Assembly: GCF_009914755.1 (NCBI RefSeq)
Contig: NC_060939.1
Origin: the human T2T-CHM13v2.0 reference genome, Homo sapiens
Direction: 5' to 3' (one strand)
Length of the DNA stretch: 64,000 bases
Shown here: piece by piece, positions 21,201 to 42,693 of the stretch
Numbering within the stretch: position 1 is the first letter of the stretch
How the letters are laid out: the number at the start of each line of letters is the position of its first letter
Translations under genes and position numbers: made by a program
The notes under the pieces: model-generated
What the model was told of the DNA's origin: nothing
The model's input: the letters and a program-made list of their open reading frames with translations, nothing else
Databases searched by the model: none

Positions 21201-22796
21201 CAAAAAGAGAGTTTAAAAACTGCTCTATCAAATGAAGGGTTCAGCTCTGTGAGATGAATGCACACATCACAAAATAGTTTCTCAGAATGCTTCTGTGTAG
21301 TTTTTATGGGAAGATATTTCCTTTTCCACCTTCGGCCACAAAGGTCTCCAAATAAACACTTGCAGATTCAACAAAAAGAGTGTTTCAAAACCTCTCTATC
21401 AAAAGATAGATTCAACTCAGTGAGTTGAAAGCACACATTCACAATGAAGTTTCTCAGAATGCTTCTCTGTAGGTTTTATGTGATGATTTTTCCTTTTCCA
21501 CCATAGGCCCCAAATCACTTCAAATATCCACTTGCAGATTCTACAAAAAGAGAGTTTCAAAACTACTCTATAAAAAGATTGGTTCAGCCTGTTGAGATGA
21601 AGGCACACATCACAAAGAAGTTTCTCAGAATGCTTCTGTATGCTTTTTATGTGAAGACGTTTCCTTTCCCTCCATAGGTCTCAAAGCCCTCCAAATATCT
21701 AATTGCAGATTCTACAAAAAGAATGTTTCCAAACTGCTGTATCAAAATAAAGACTCAAGTCTGTGAGATGAATGCACACATCAAAAAGAAGTTTCTCAGA
21801 ACGCTTCTGTGTAGTTTTTATGTGAAGACATTTCCTTTTCCACAATAGGCCTCAAACGGCTCCAAATATCCACTTGCAGATTATACAAAGAGAGTGGTTC
21901 CAAACTGCTGAATCAATAGAAACGTTCAACTCTGCGACATGAATGCACACATCCCAAAGAAGTTTCTGAGAATGCTTCTGTGCAGATTTTATGTGAAGGT
22001 ATTTCATTTTCCAGAACAGGGCTCAAAGTGCTACAAATATCCACTTGCAGATTCTACAAAAAGAGTGTTTCAAAACTACTCAATCAAAGTAAGTTTCAAC
22101 TCTGTGAGATGAATGCACACATCACAAAGAAGTTTGTCAAAATGCTTCGACGTAGTTTTTATGTGAAGATATTTCCTTTTCCACCTTAGGCCTGAACAAT
22201 GAAAAGTGCACAATGAAAAGTAAGTTTCAACTCTGTGAGATGAAAGCACACATCACGAAAAAGTTTGTCAGAATGCTTCTGTCTACTTTTTGTTTGAAGA
22301 TATTTCCTTTTCCACCTTAGGCCTAAAAGTGCTCCAAATGTCCACTTGCAGATTCTACAAAAAGAGAGTTTCAAAGCTGCTCAATGAAAAGAAAGTTTCT
22401 ACTCTCTGAGATGAATGCACACATCACAAAAAAGTTTGTCAGAATGCATCTGTCTAGTTTTTATGTAAAGATACTTCCTTTTCCACCACAGCCCCCAAAG
22501 CGCTCCAAATATCCACTTGCAGATTCTACAGAAAGAGTGTTTGAAAACTGATCAATGAAAAGTAAGGTTCAACTCTGTACAATTAATGCACACATCACAA
22601 AGAAGTTTGTCAGAATGCTTTGGTCTAGTTTTTATGTGAAGATATTTCCTTTTCCACCATAGGCCTCAAAGCGCTCCAAATGTACACTTGTAGATTCTAC
22701 AAAAAGAGTGTTTTAAAACTGCTCCATGAAAAGAAATGTTCAACACGGTAAGATGAAGGCATATATCGCAAAGAAGTTTGTCAGAATGTTTCTGTC

Positions 22797-22803
22797 CAGT
22801 TTT
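22797..22803. other. Alpha satellite inversion breakpoint
   Basis: ...CAGAATGTTTCTGTC[CAGTTTT]GAAACACCGTTTTTGTAGAATCTGCAAGTGG: the left side reads as minus-strand monomer and the right side as plus-strand monomer. Confidence 0.96.
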
Positions 22804-25800
22804 GAAACACCGTTTTTGTAGAATCTGCAAGTGGACATTTGGAGCACTATGAGGCCTATCGCGGAAAAGGAAATGTCTTCACATGAAAACTAGACAGAAG
22901 CATTCTGACAAACTTCTTTGTGATGTGTGCATTCATCTCACAGTGCTGAAACTTGCTTTCAATTGAGCAGTTTTGAAACACTCTTTTTGAAGTATCTGCA
23001 AGTGGACATTTGGAGCGCTTTGAGGCCCATGGTGGGAAAGGAAATATCTTCACATAAAAACCAGACAGATGCATTCTGACAATTTTCTTTGTGATATGTG
23101 CATTTTTCTCACAGAGTTGAACCTTACTTTTCATTGAGCAGTTTTGAACCACTCTTTTTTTAGAATCTGCAATTGGATATTTAGAGCACTTTGAGGCCTA
23201 TGATGGAAAAGGAAATATCTTCACATAAAAACGAGACAGAAGCATTCTGACAAACTTCTTTTGATATGTGCATTCATCTCACAGAGATGAAACTTTCTTT
23301 TGATTGAGCAGCTTTGAAACATTCTTTTTGTAGAATCTGCAAGTGGACTATTTGAGCGCTTTGAGGCCTATGGTGGAAATGGAAATATCTTCATATAAAA
23401 ACTAGACATAAGCATTCAGAAAAAGTTTTCTGTGATGTGTGCATTCACCTCAAAGTGCTGAACCTTACTTTCGATGGAGCAGTTTTGAAACACTCTTTTT
23501 GTAGAATTTCCAAGTGGACATTGGAGAGCTTTGAGGCCTATGGGTGGACAACGAAATATCTTCATATAATAACTAGACGGAAGCATTATGAGAAACTTCT
23601 TTGTGATGTGTGCATTCATCTCACACAGAGTTGAACCTTTCTTTGGAATGAGCAGCTTTGAAACACTCTTTTTGTAGAATCTGCAAGTGGACATGTGGAG
23701 CACTTTGAGGCCCATTGTGGAAAAGGAAATATCTTCATATAAAACTAGGCAGAAGCTTTCTGACAAACTTCTTTGTGATGTGTGCATTCAGCTCACAAAG
23801 TTGAACATTTCTTTTCATTGAACAGCTTTGAAACATTCTTTTTGTTGAATCTGCAAGTGGACATTTGGAGCGATTTGTAGCCTATTGTGGAAAAGGACAT
23901 ATCATCAAATAAAAACTAGACATACACATTCTGACAAACTTCTTTGTGATGTGTGCATTCATCTCACAGAGTTGAATCTTTCTTTTCATTGAGCAGCTTT
24001 GAAACACTCTTTTTGTAGAATCTGCAAGTGGACATTTGCAGCACTTTGGGGACAAAGTTGGAAAAGGAAGTATCTTCACTTAAAAACTAGACAGAAGCCT
24101 TCTGACAAACTTCTTTGTGATGTGGGCATTCACCTCACAGATTTGAACCTTGCTTTTCATTGAGCAGCTTTGAAACACTCTTTTTGTAGAATCTGCAAAT
24201 GGACATTTGGAGCGATTTGCGGCCAATGCTGGAAAGCGAAATATCTTCACAAAAAACCTGACAGAAGCACTGACAAACTTCTTTGTTATGTGTGCATTCA
24301 TCTCACAGAGTTGAACCTTTCTTTTGATTGAGCAGCTTTGAAACACTCTTTTTGTAGCATCTGTAAGTGGATATTCGGTGCGCTTTGAGGTCTATGGTTG
24401 AAAAAGAAACATCTTCACATAAAAACTAGACGGCAGCATTCTGACAAAAAACATTGTGATGTGTGCATTCATCTCACAGAGTTAAACATTTCTTTTGATT
24501 GAGCAGCTTTGAAACACTCTTTTTGTAGAATCTGCAAGGGGACATTTGGAGCGCTTTGACGGCTATGGTGGAAAAGGACTATCTTCACTTAAAAACTAGA
24601 CAGAAGCATTATGACAAACTTCTTTTTGATACGTGCATTCATATCACAGAGTTGAACTTTCTTTTAATTGAGAAGTTTTCAAACACTCCTTGTGTAGAAT
24701 CTGCAAGTGGACATTTGGAGCCCTTTGGGGCCTATGGTGGAAAAGGAAATATTTTCACATAAAAACTAGACAGAAGCATTCTAATAAACTTCTTTTTGAT
24801 GTGTGCATTCATATCACAGAGTTGAACATTACTTTTGATTGAGCAGTTTGGAAAATTTCTTTTTGTAGAATCTGCAAGTGGACATTTGGAGCACTTTGAG
24901 CCCTATGATAGAAAAGGAAATATGTTCACATAACTAGACAGAAGCATTCTGACAACCTTCTTTGTGATGTGTGCATTCATCTAACAGAGATGAACCTTAC
25001 TTTTCATTGAGAAGTTTTGAGACACACTTTTTGTAGAATCTGCAAGTGGACATTGGGAGCATTTTGAGACCAATGGTGGAAAAGGAAAATCTTCACATGA
25101 AAACTAGACAGAAGCATTCTGTTAAACTTCTTTGTGATGTGTGCATTCATCTCACAGAGTGGAACCTTACTTTTCACTGAGCTGTTTTCGAACACTCTTT
25201 TTGTGGAATCTGCATACGGACATTTAGTGCTCTTTGAGGCCTATGATGAAAAAGGAAATATCGTCACATAAAAACCGGACAGAAGCATTCTGACACACTT
25301 CTTGGGATGGGTGCATTCAGCTCACAGGGTTGAACCTTTCTTTTGATTGAGCAGCTTTGAAACACTTTTTTTTTTTTAGAATCGGCAAGTGGATATTTGG
25401 AGCGGTTTGAGGCCTATGGTGGAAAAGGAAATATCTTCACATAAAAACTGGACAGAAGCATTCTCACAAACTGCTTTGTGATGTGTGCATTCATCTCACA
25501 AAGTTGAAACTTTCTTTTGATTGAGCAGCTTTGAAACACTCTTTGTAGAGTCTGCAAGTGGACATTTGGAACACTTTGAGGCCTACAGTGGAAAAGGAAA
25601 TACCTTCACATAAAAATTAGACAGAAGGATTCTGAGAAACTTCTTTGTGATGTGTGCATTCATCTCACAGAGTTGAACCTTACTTTTCGTTGAGCAGTTT
25701 TGAAACACTCTTTTTGTAGAATCTGCAAGTGGACATTTGGAGAGCTTTGAGGCCTGCAGTGTAAAAGGAAATATCTTCACATAAAAACTAGACAGAAGCA

Positions 25801-28800
25801 TTCTGACAAACGTCTTTGTGATGTGTGCTTTCATCTCACAGAGTTGAACATTTCTTTTGATTTAGCAGCTTTGAAACACTCTTTTTGTAGAATCTGCCAT
25901 TGGACATTTGCGGCACTTCAGGCCAATGGTAGAAAACGAAATACCTTCACATAGAAAGTAGATAGAGCCAGTCTTACAAACTTCTTTGTGATGTGTGCAT
26001 TCATCTCACAGTATTGAACCTTTCTTTTGATTGAGCAGCTTTGAAACCCTCTTTTTGTAGAATCTGCAAGTGGACATTTGGAGCGCCTTGTGGACTATTG
26101 TAGAATAAGGAATATCTTCACATAAAAACTAGACAGGAGCATTCTGACAAACTTCTTAGTGATGTGTGCATTCATCTTGCAGTATTGAACCTCCCTTTTG
26201 ATGGAGTAGTTCTGAAACTGTCTTTTTGTAGAATCTGCATGTGGAGATTTTGAGAGCTTTTAGGCCTATGTTGCAAAAGGAAATATCTTCATATACAAAC
26301 TAGACAGAAGCATTCTGACAACCTTCTTTCTGACATGTGCATTCATCTCACAGAGTTGAACTTTCCTTTTTATGGACCAGTTTTGAAATACTCTTTTTGT
26401 AGAATGTGTAAGTGGACATTTAGAGCATCTTGAGGCCTATGGTGGAAAATGAAATATCTTCACATAAAACTAGACAAAAGAATTCTGAGAAACTTCTTTG
26501 TGATGTGTGCGTTCATCTCACAGAGTTGAACTTTTCTTTTGATTGAGCAGTTTGCAAACACAATTTTTGTAGATTCTGCAAGTGGACATTTGGAGTGCTT
26601 TGTGGCCTATGGTAGAAAAGGAAATATCCTCACATAAAACCTAGACAGAAGCAATGTGAGAAACTTCTTTTTGATTTGTGCATTCATCTCACAGAGTTAA
26701 ACATTTCTTTTGATTGAGCAGTTTTGAAACACTCCTTTTGTGGAATCTGCAAGTGGACATTTGGAGGGCTTTGAGGCCTATGGTAGAAAAGGAAATATCT
26801 TCACATAAAATCTAGACAGAAGCAATCTGAGAAACATCTTTGTGATGTATGCATTCATCTCACAGAGTTAAACCCTTCTTTGATTGAGCAGCTTTGAAAA
26901 TCTCTTTTTATAGAATCTGCAAGAGGACACTTGGAGTGCTTTGAGGCCTGTGGTGAAAAAGGAAATATCTTCACATAAAAACTAGACAGAAGAATTCTGA
27001 GAAACTTCTTTGTGATGTGTGCATTCAACTCACAGAGTAGAACCTTTCTTTTGATTGAGCAGTTTGGAAACACAATTTTTGTAGATTCTGCAAGTGGACA
27101 TTTGGAGCACTTTGCGGCCTATGGTAGAAAAGGAAATATCTTCACATAAAACCTAGAAAGAAGCAATGTGAGAAACTTCTTTGTGATGTGTGTATTCATC
27201 TCACAGAGGTAACCCTTTCTTTCAATAGAGCAGTTTTGAAATGCTCTTTTTGTAGAATCTGCAAGTGGACATTTGGAGCGCATTTAGTCCTGTGGTGGAA
27301 AAGAAAATATCTTCACATAAGTACTAGACAGAAGAATTCTGAGAAACTTATTTGTGATGTGTGCATTCATCTCACAGAGCTGAACCTTTCTTTTCATTGA
27401 GCAGTTTGGAAACACTCTTTTTGTGGAATCTGCATGTGGTCATTTGGAGCGCTTTGTGGCCTAAGATAGAAAAGGCAATAACTTCACATAAAATCTAGAC
27501 AGAAGCAATCTGAGAAACTTCTTTGTGATATGTCCATTCATACCACAGAGTTAAAACTTTCTTTTGATTGAGGAGTTTTGAAACTCCCTTTTTGTAGAAT
27601 CTGCTAGTGTACATTTGGAGGGCTTTCAGGCCTATTGTGGAAAAGGAAATATCTTCACATAAAAACTAGACAGAAGAATTCTGAGAAACTTCTTTTTGAT
27701 ATGTACGTTCTTCTCACAGAGTTGAATCTTTCTTTGGATGGAGCAGTTTTGAAACTCTCTTTTTGTAGAATCTGCAAGTGGACATTTGGAGCACTTTGAG
27801 GCCTATGGTGGAAAAGGAAATATCTTCACTTAAAATCTAGACAGAAGCAATCTGAGAAACTTCTTTTTGATGTGTGCGTTCATCTCACAGACTTAAACCT
27901 TTCTTTTGAGAGAGCAGTTTTGAAACCTCTTTTTGTAGAATCTGCAAGTGGACATTTGGAGCACTTTGAGGCCTATGGTGGAAAAAGAAATATCTTCACA
28001 TAAAAACTAGATGAAAGAATTCTAAGAAACTCCTTCGTGATGTGTACGTTCATCTCACAGAGTTGAAAATTTCTTTTGATTGAGCAGTTTGGAAACACTG
28101 TTTTTGTAGAATCTGCAATTGGATATTTGGGGTGCTGTGTGGTCTACGGGAGAATAGTAAATATCCTCACATAAAATCCAGACAGAAGCAATCTGGGAAC
28201 CTTCTTTGTCATGTGTGCATTCATCTCCCAGAGTTAAACCTTTCTTCTGATTGAGCAGTTTTGAAACTGTCTTTTTGTAGAATCTTCAAGTGAACATTTG
28301 GAGCGCATTTAGTCCTGTGGTGGAAAAGAAAATATCTTCACATAAAAACTAGACAGAAGAATTCTGGGAAACTTCTTTTATAAGCGTGCATTCATCTCAC
28401 AGAGTTGAAGCTTTCTTTTGATTGAGCAGTTTGGAAACACTCTTTTTGTAGTATCTGCAAGTGGACATTTGGAGTGCTTTGCGGCCTACCATAGAAAAGG
28501 AAATATCTTCGCATAAAATCTGGAGAGAAGCAATCTGAAAAACTTCTTTGTGATGTGTGCCTTCATCCCACAGAATTAAACCTTTCTTTTGATTGAGTAG
28601 TTTTGAAACACACTTTTTGTGGAGTCTGCTAATGGACATTTGGAAGGCTTTGAGGCCTATGGTGGAAAAGGAAATATCTTCACATAAAAAGTAGACAGAA
28701 GAATTCTGAGAAACTTCTTTGTTATATGTGCGTTCATTTCACAGAGTTGTACCTTTCTTTTGATTGAGCAGTTTGGAAACACTCTATTTGTAGAATCTGC

Positions 28801-31800
28801 AAGTGGACATTTGGAGCGCTTTATGGTAGAAAAGGTAATATCTTTACATAAAATCTAGACAAAAGCAAACTGAGAAACTACTTTCTGATGTGTGCATTCA
28901 TCTCACAGTGTTAAACCTTTCTTTTGATTGAGGAGTTTTGTAGCTCTCTTTTTGTAGAATCTGCAAGTGGACATTTGGAGCGCTTTGGGGCCTATCGTGG
29001 AGAAGGAAATATCTTCACATAAAAACTAGACAGAAGAATTTTGAGAACCTTCTTTGTGATGCGTGGGTTCATCTCACAGAGGTCTATGGTAGAAAAGGAA
29101 ATATCTTCACTTAAAATCTAGACAGAAGCAATTGGAGAAACTTCTTTGTGATTCGTGCATTCATCTCACAGAGTTAAACCTTTCTTTTGATTGAGCAGTT
29201 TTTAAACTCTCTTTTTGTAGAATGTGCAAGTGGACATTTGAGGCGCTTTGTGGCCTATGGTGGAAAAGAAAATATCTTCACATATCTAGACAGAAGCAAT
29301 CTGAGAAACTTCTTTGTAATCTGTGCATTCTTCTCACAGAGTTAAGCCTTTCTTTTGATTGAGGAGTTTTGTAACTCTCTTTTTGTAGAATGTGCAAGTG
29401 GACATTTGTGCCACTTTGAGGCCTATGGTGGAAAAGGAAATATCTTCACATAAAAGCTAGAGAGAAGCATTCTTAGAAACTACTTTGTGATGTATCCATT
29501 CATCTCATGGAGTTGAAACTTTCTTTTGATTGAGCAGTTTGGTAACAGTATTTTTGTAGCATCTGCAAAGGTATAATTGTGATTCCTTTATGGCCTATGG
29601 TTAAATAGTAAATATCTTCACATAAAAACTAAACAGTAGCTTTCTGAGAAACTTCTCTGTGGTGTGTGATTTCATCTCACAGAGTTGAACAATTCCTTCA
29701 ATTGAGAAGGTTGGAAATAGTCTTTTTGTACAACCTGCAAATGGATATTTGCTGCTCTTTGAGGCCAATGGTGAAAAAGGAAATATCTTCACATAAAAAT
29801 TAGATGGAAGCATTCTGAAAAACTTCTTTGTGACGTTTGCATTCATCTCACACAGTTGAACATTTCTTTGATTGGAGATTTGGAAACAGTCTTTTTGTAA
29901 AATCTACAAAGGGATAATTGTGAACCCTTTTAGGCCTATGGTGAAGTAGGAAATATCTTCATATAAAAACTACACAGAAACATTCTGAGAAAGTTTTTTG
30001 TGATGGGTGCATTCATCTCACAGAGTTGAAGTTTTCTTTTGCTAGAGCAGTTTGGAAACAGTCCTTTGTAGAATCCCCGAAGGGATAATTCTGAGCCTAT
30101 TGTGGCCTTTAGTGATGTAGGAAATATCTTCACATAAAAGCTAGACAGAAGCTTTCTGAGAAACTTCTTTTAAATGAGTGCTTTCATCTCAAAGAGTTGA
30201 GCATTTCTTTTGACTGAGAAGTTTGGAAACACTCTTTTTGCAGAATCTGCAAATGGATAATTGGAGCACATTGAGGCCTATAGTGAAAAAGCAAATATCT
30301 TCACATAAAAACTAAACAGAAGCTTTCTGAGAAACTACTTTGTAATGCGTGCATTCATCTCACAGAGTTTAACCTTTCTTTTGATTGAGCAGTTTTGAAA
30401 CTCTCTTCTTGTGGAATCTGCAAGTGGACACTTGGAGTGCTTTGACTTCTATGGTGGAAAGGGAAATCTCTTCACATAAAAACGAGAGAGAAGCATTCTG
30501 AGAAACTTCTTTTTGATGTGTGCATTCACCTCACAGAGCTATATCTTTCTTTTGGTTGAGCAGTTTTGAAACTCTGTTTTTGTAGAGTCTGCAGGTGGAC
30601 ATTTTGAGCGTTTTGAGGTCTATGTTGGAAAAGGAAATATCTTCACATAAAAACTAGACAGAAGCATTCTGAGAAACTTCTTTGTGATGTGTGCATTCAT
30701 CTCACAGAGTTGAACCTTACTTTTGATTGAGCAGTTTGGAAACACTCTTTTTCTTGAATCTGCAAGTGGACATTTGGCACGCATTGTGAACAATGGCAGA
30801 AATGGAAATATCTTCACTTAAAATCTAGACAGAAGCAATCAGAGAAACTTCTTTGTGATGTGTGCATTTATCTCACAGAGTTAAAAGTTTCTTTTGATTA
30901 AGCAGTTTTGAAACTGCCTTTTTGTAGAATCTGCAAGTGGATACTTGGAGCGCTTAAAGGCCTATGGTGCAAAAGAAAATATGTTCACATAAAAACAGGA
31001 CAGAAGTATTCAAAGAAACTTCTTTATGACACGTGCGTTCATCTCACAGAGTTGAATCTTCCTTTTGATTGAGCAGTTTGGAAACACCCTTTTTGTAGAA
31101 TCTGCAAGTGGACATTTGGAGCGCTTTGCAGCCTATGTTAGAAATGGAAATATCTTCACATAAAATCTACACAGAAGCAATCTGAGAAACTTCTTTGTGA
31201 TGTGTGCGTTCATCTCACAGAGTTAAACCTTTCTTTTGATTGAACAGATTTGAAACTCCCTTTTTGAGGAATCTGCAAGTGGACATTTGGAGCTCGTTGA
31301 GTCCTATGGTGGAAAAGGAAATATCTTCACATAAAAACTAGACAGAAGAATTCTGAGAAACTTCTTTGTGATGTGTGCATTCATCTCACAGAGTTGAACC
31401 TTTCTTTTGATTGAGCAGTTTGCGATCACTCTTTTTGTAGAATCTGCAAGTGGATATTCGGAGTGCTTTGTGTCCTATGGTAGAAAAGGGAATATCTTCA
31501 CATAAAATCTAGACAGAAGAAATCTGTGAAACTTCTTTGTGATGTATGCATTCATCTCACAGAGTTAAACCTTTCTTTTGATTGAGCAGTATTGAAACCC
31601 ACTTTTTGTAGAATGTGCAAGTGGACAACTGGAGTGCTTTGACATCTTTGGTGGCAAAGGAAATATCTTCACATAAAAACGAGATACAAGCATTCTGAGA
31701 AACTACTTTTTGATGTGTGCATTCATCTCCCAGAGTTGAACGTTCTTTTGAAGGACCAGTTTAGAAATACGCTTTCTGTAGAATGTGTCATTGGATATTT

Positions 31801-31866
31801 CGAGCGCCTTGAGGCCTATGGTGGAAAAGGAAATATCTTCACATAAAAACTAGACAGAATATTTCT
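22804..31866 (+). repeat. Alpha satellite: 'CATTCTGACAAAC' type to ~26350, then a dimer-like type, with an old-type island at ~29530-30335
   Basis: 171-bp units in consensus orientation with A-type (pJalpha-like) box CCTATGGTGGAAAAGGAA. Confidence 0.97.
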
Positions 31867-42030
<10,164 letters not shown>

Positions 42031-42163
42031 ACAGATGCATTCTCAGAAACTTCTTTGTGATGTTTGCATTCAACTCACAGAGGTGAACATTCCTTTACAA
42101 AGAGCAGTTTTGAAACACTCTTTTTGTTGAAACTGCAAGTGGATATGTGGAGATCTCTGAGGC

Positions 42164-42180
42164 CTTCGGTGGAAACGGGA
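42164..42180 (+). promoter_or_regulatory. CENP-B box (all core bases intact)
   Basis: CTTCGGTGGAAACGGGA fits NTTCGNNNNANNCGGGN. Confidence 0.85.
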
Positions 42181-42676
42181 ATATTTTCACGTAAAAACTA
42201 GACAGAAGCATTCTCAGAAACTCCTTTGTGATGTGTGCATTCAACTCACAGAGTTGAACCTACCTTTTGATAGAGCAGCTTTGAAACACTCTTTTTGTAG
42301 AATCTGCAAGTGGATATTTGGAGCGCTTTGAGGTCTGTGTTGGAAAAGGAAATATCTTCACATAAAAACTAGACACAAGCATTCTCAGAATCTTTTCTGT
42401 GACGTGTGCATTAAACTCACAGAGTTCAACATTTCTTTTGATAGAGCAGTTTTGAAACACTCGATTTGAAGAATCTGCAAGTGGACATTTTGAGCACTTT
42501 GATGCCTATGGTGAAAAAGGAAATATCTTCACATGAAAACTAGACAGAAACATTCTCAGAAACTTCTTTGTGATATTTTCATTCAACTCACAGAGTTGAA
42601 CATTCCCTTACATAGAGAAGTTTTGAAACCGTCTTTTTGTAGAATCTGCAAATGTATATGTGGAGCTCTTTGAGGC

Positions 42677-42693
42677 CTTCGGTGGAAACGGGA
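42677..42693 (+). promoter_or_regulatory. CENP-B box (all core bases intact)
   Basis: CTTCGGTGGAAACGGGA fits NTTCGNNNNANNCGGGN. Confidence 0.85.

Larger units (their letters stand above)
15874..22803 (-). repeat. Alpha satellite, divergent; last ~700 bp are 'AAGTTTGTCAGAA' type
   Basis: 171-bp units up to the strand switch. The GTTTGTCA variant appears from ~22130. Confidence 0.97.
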
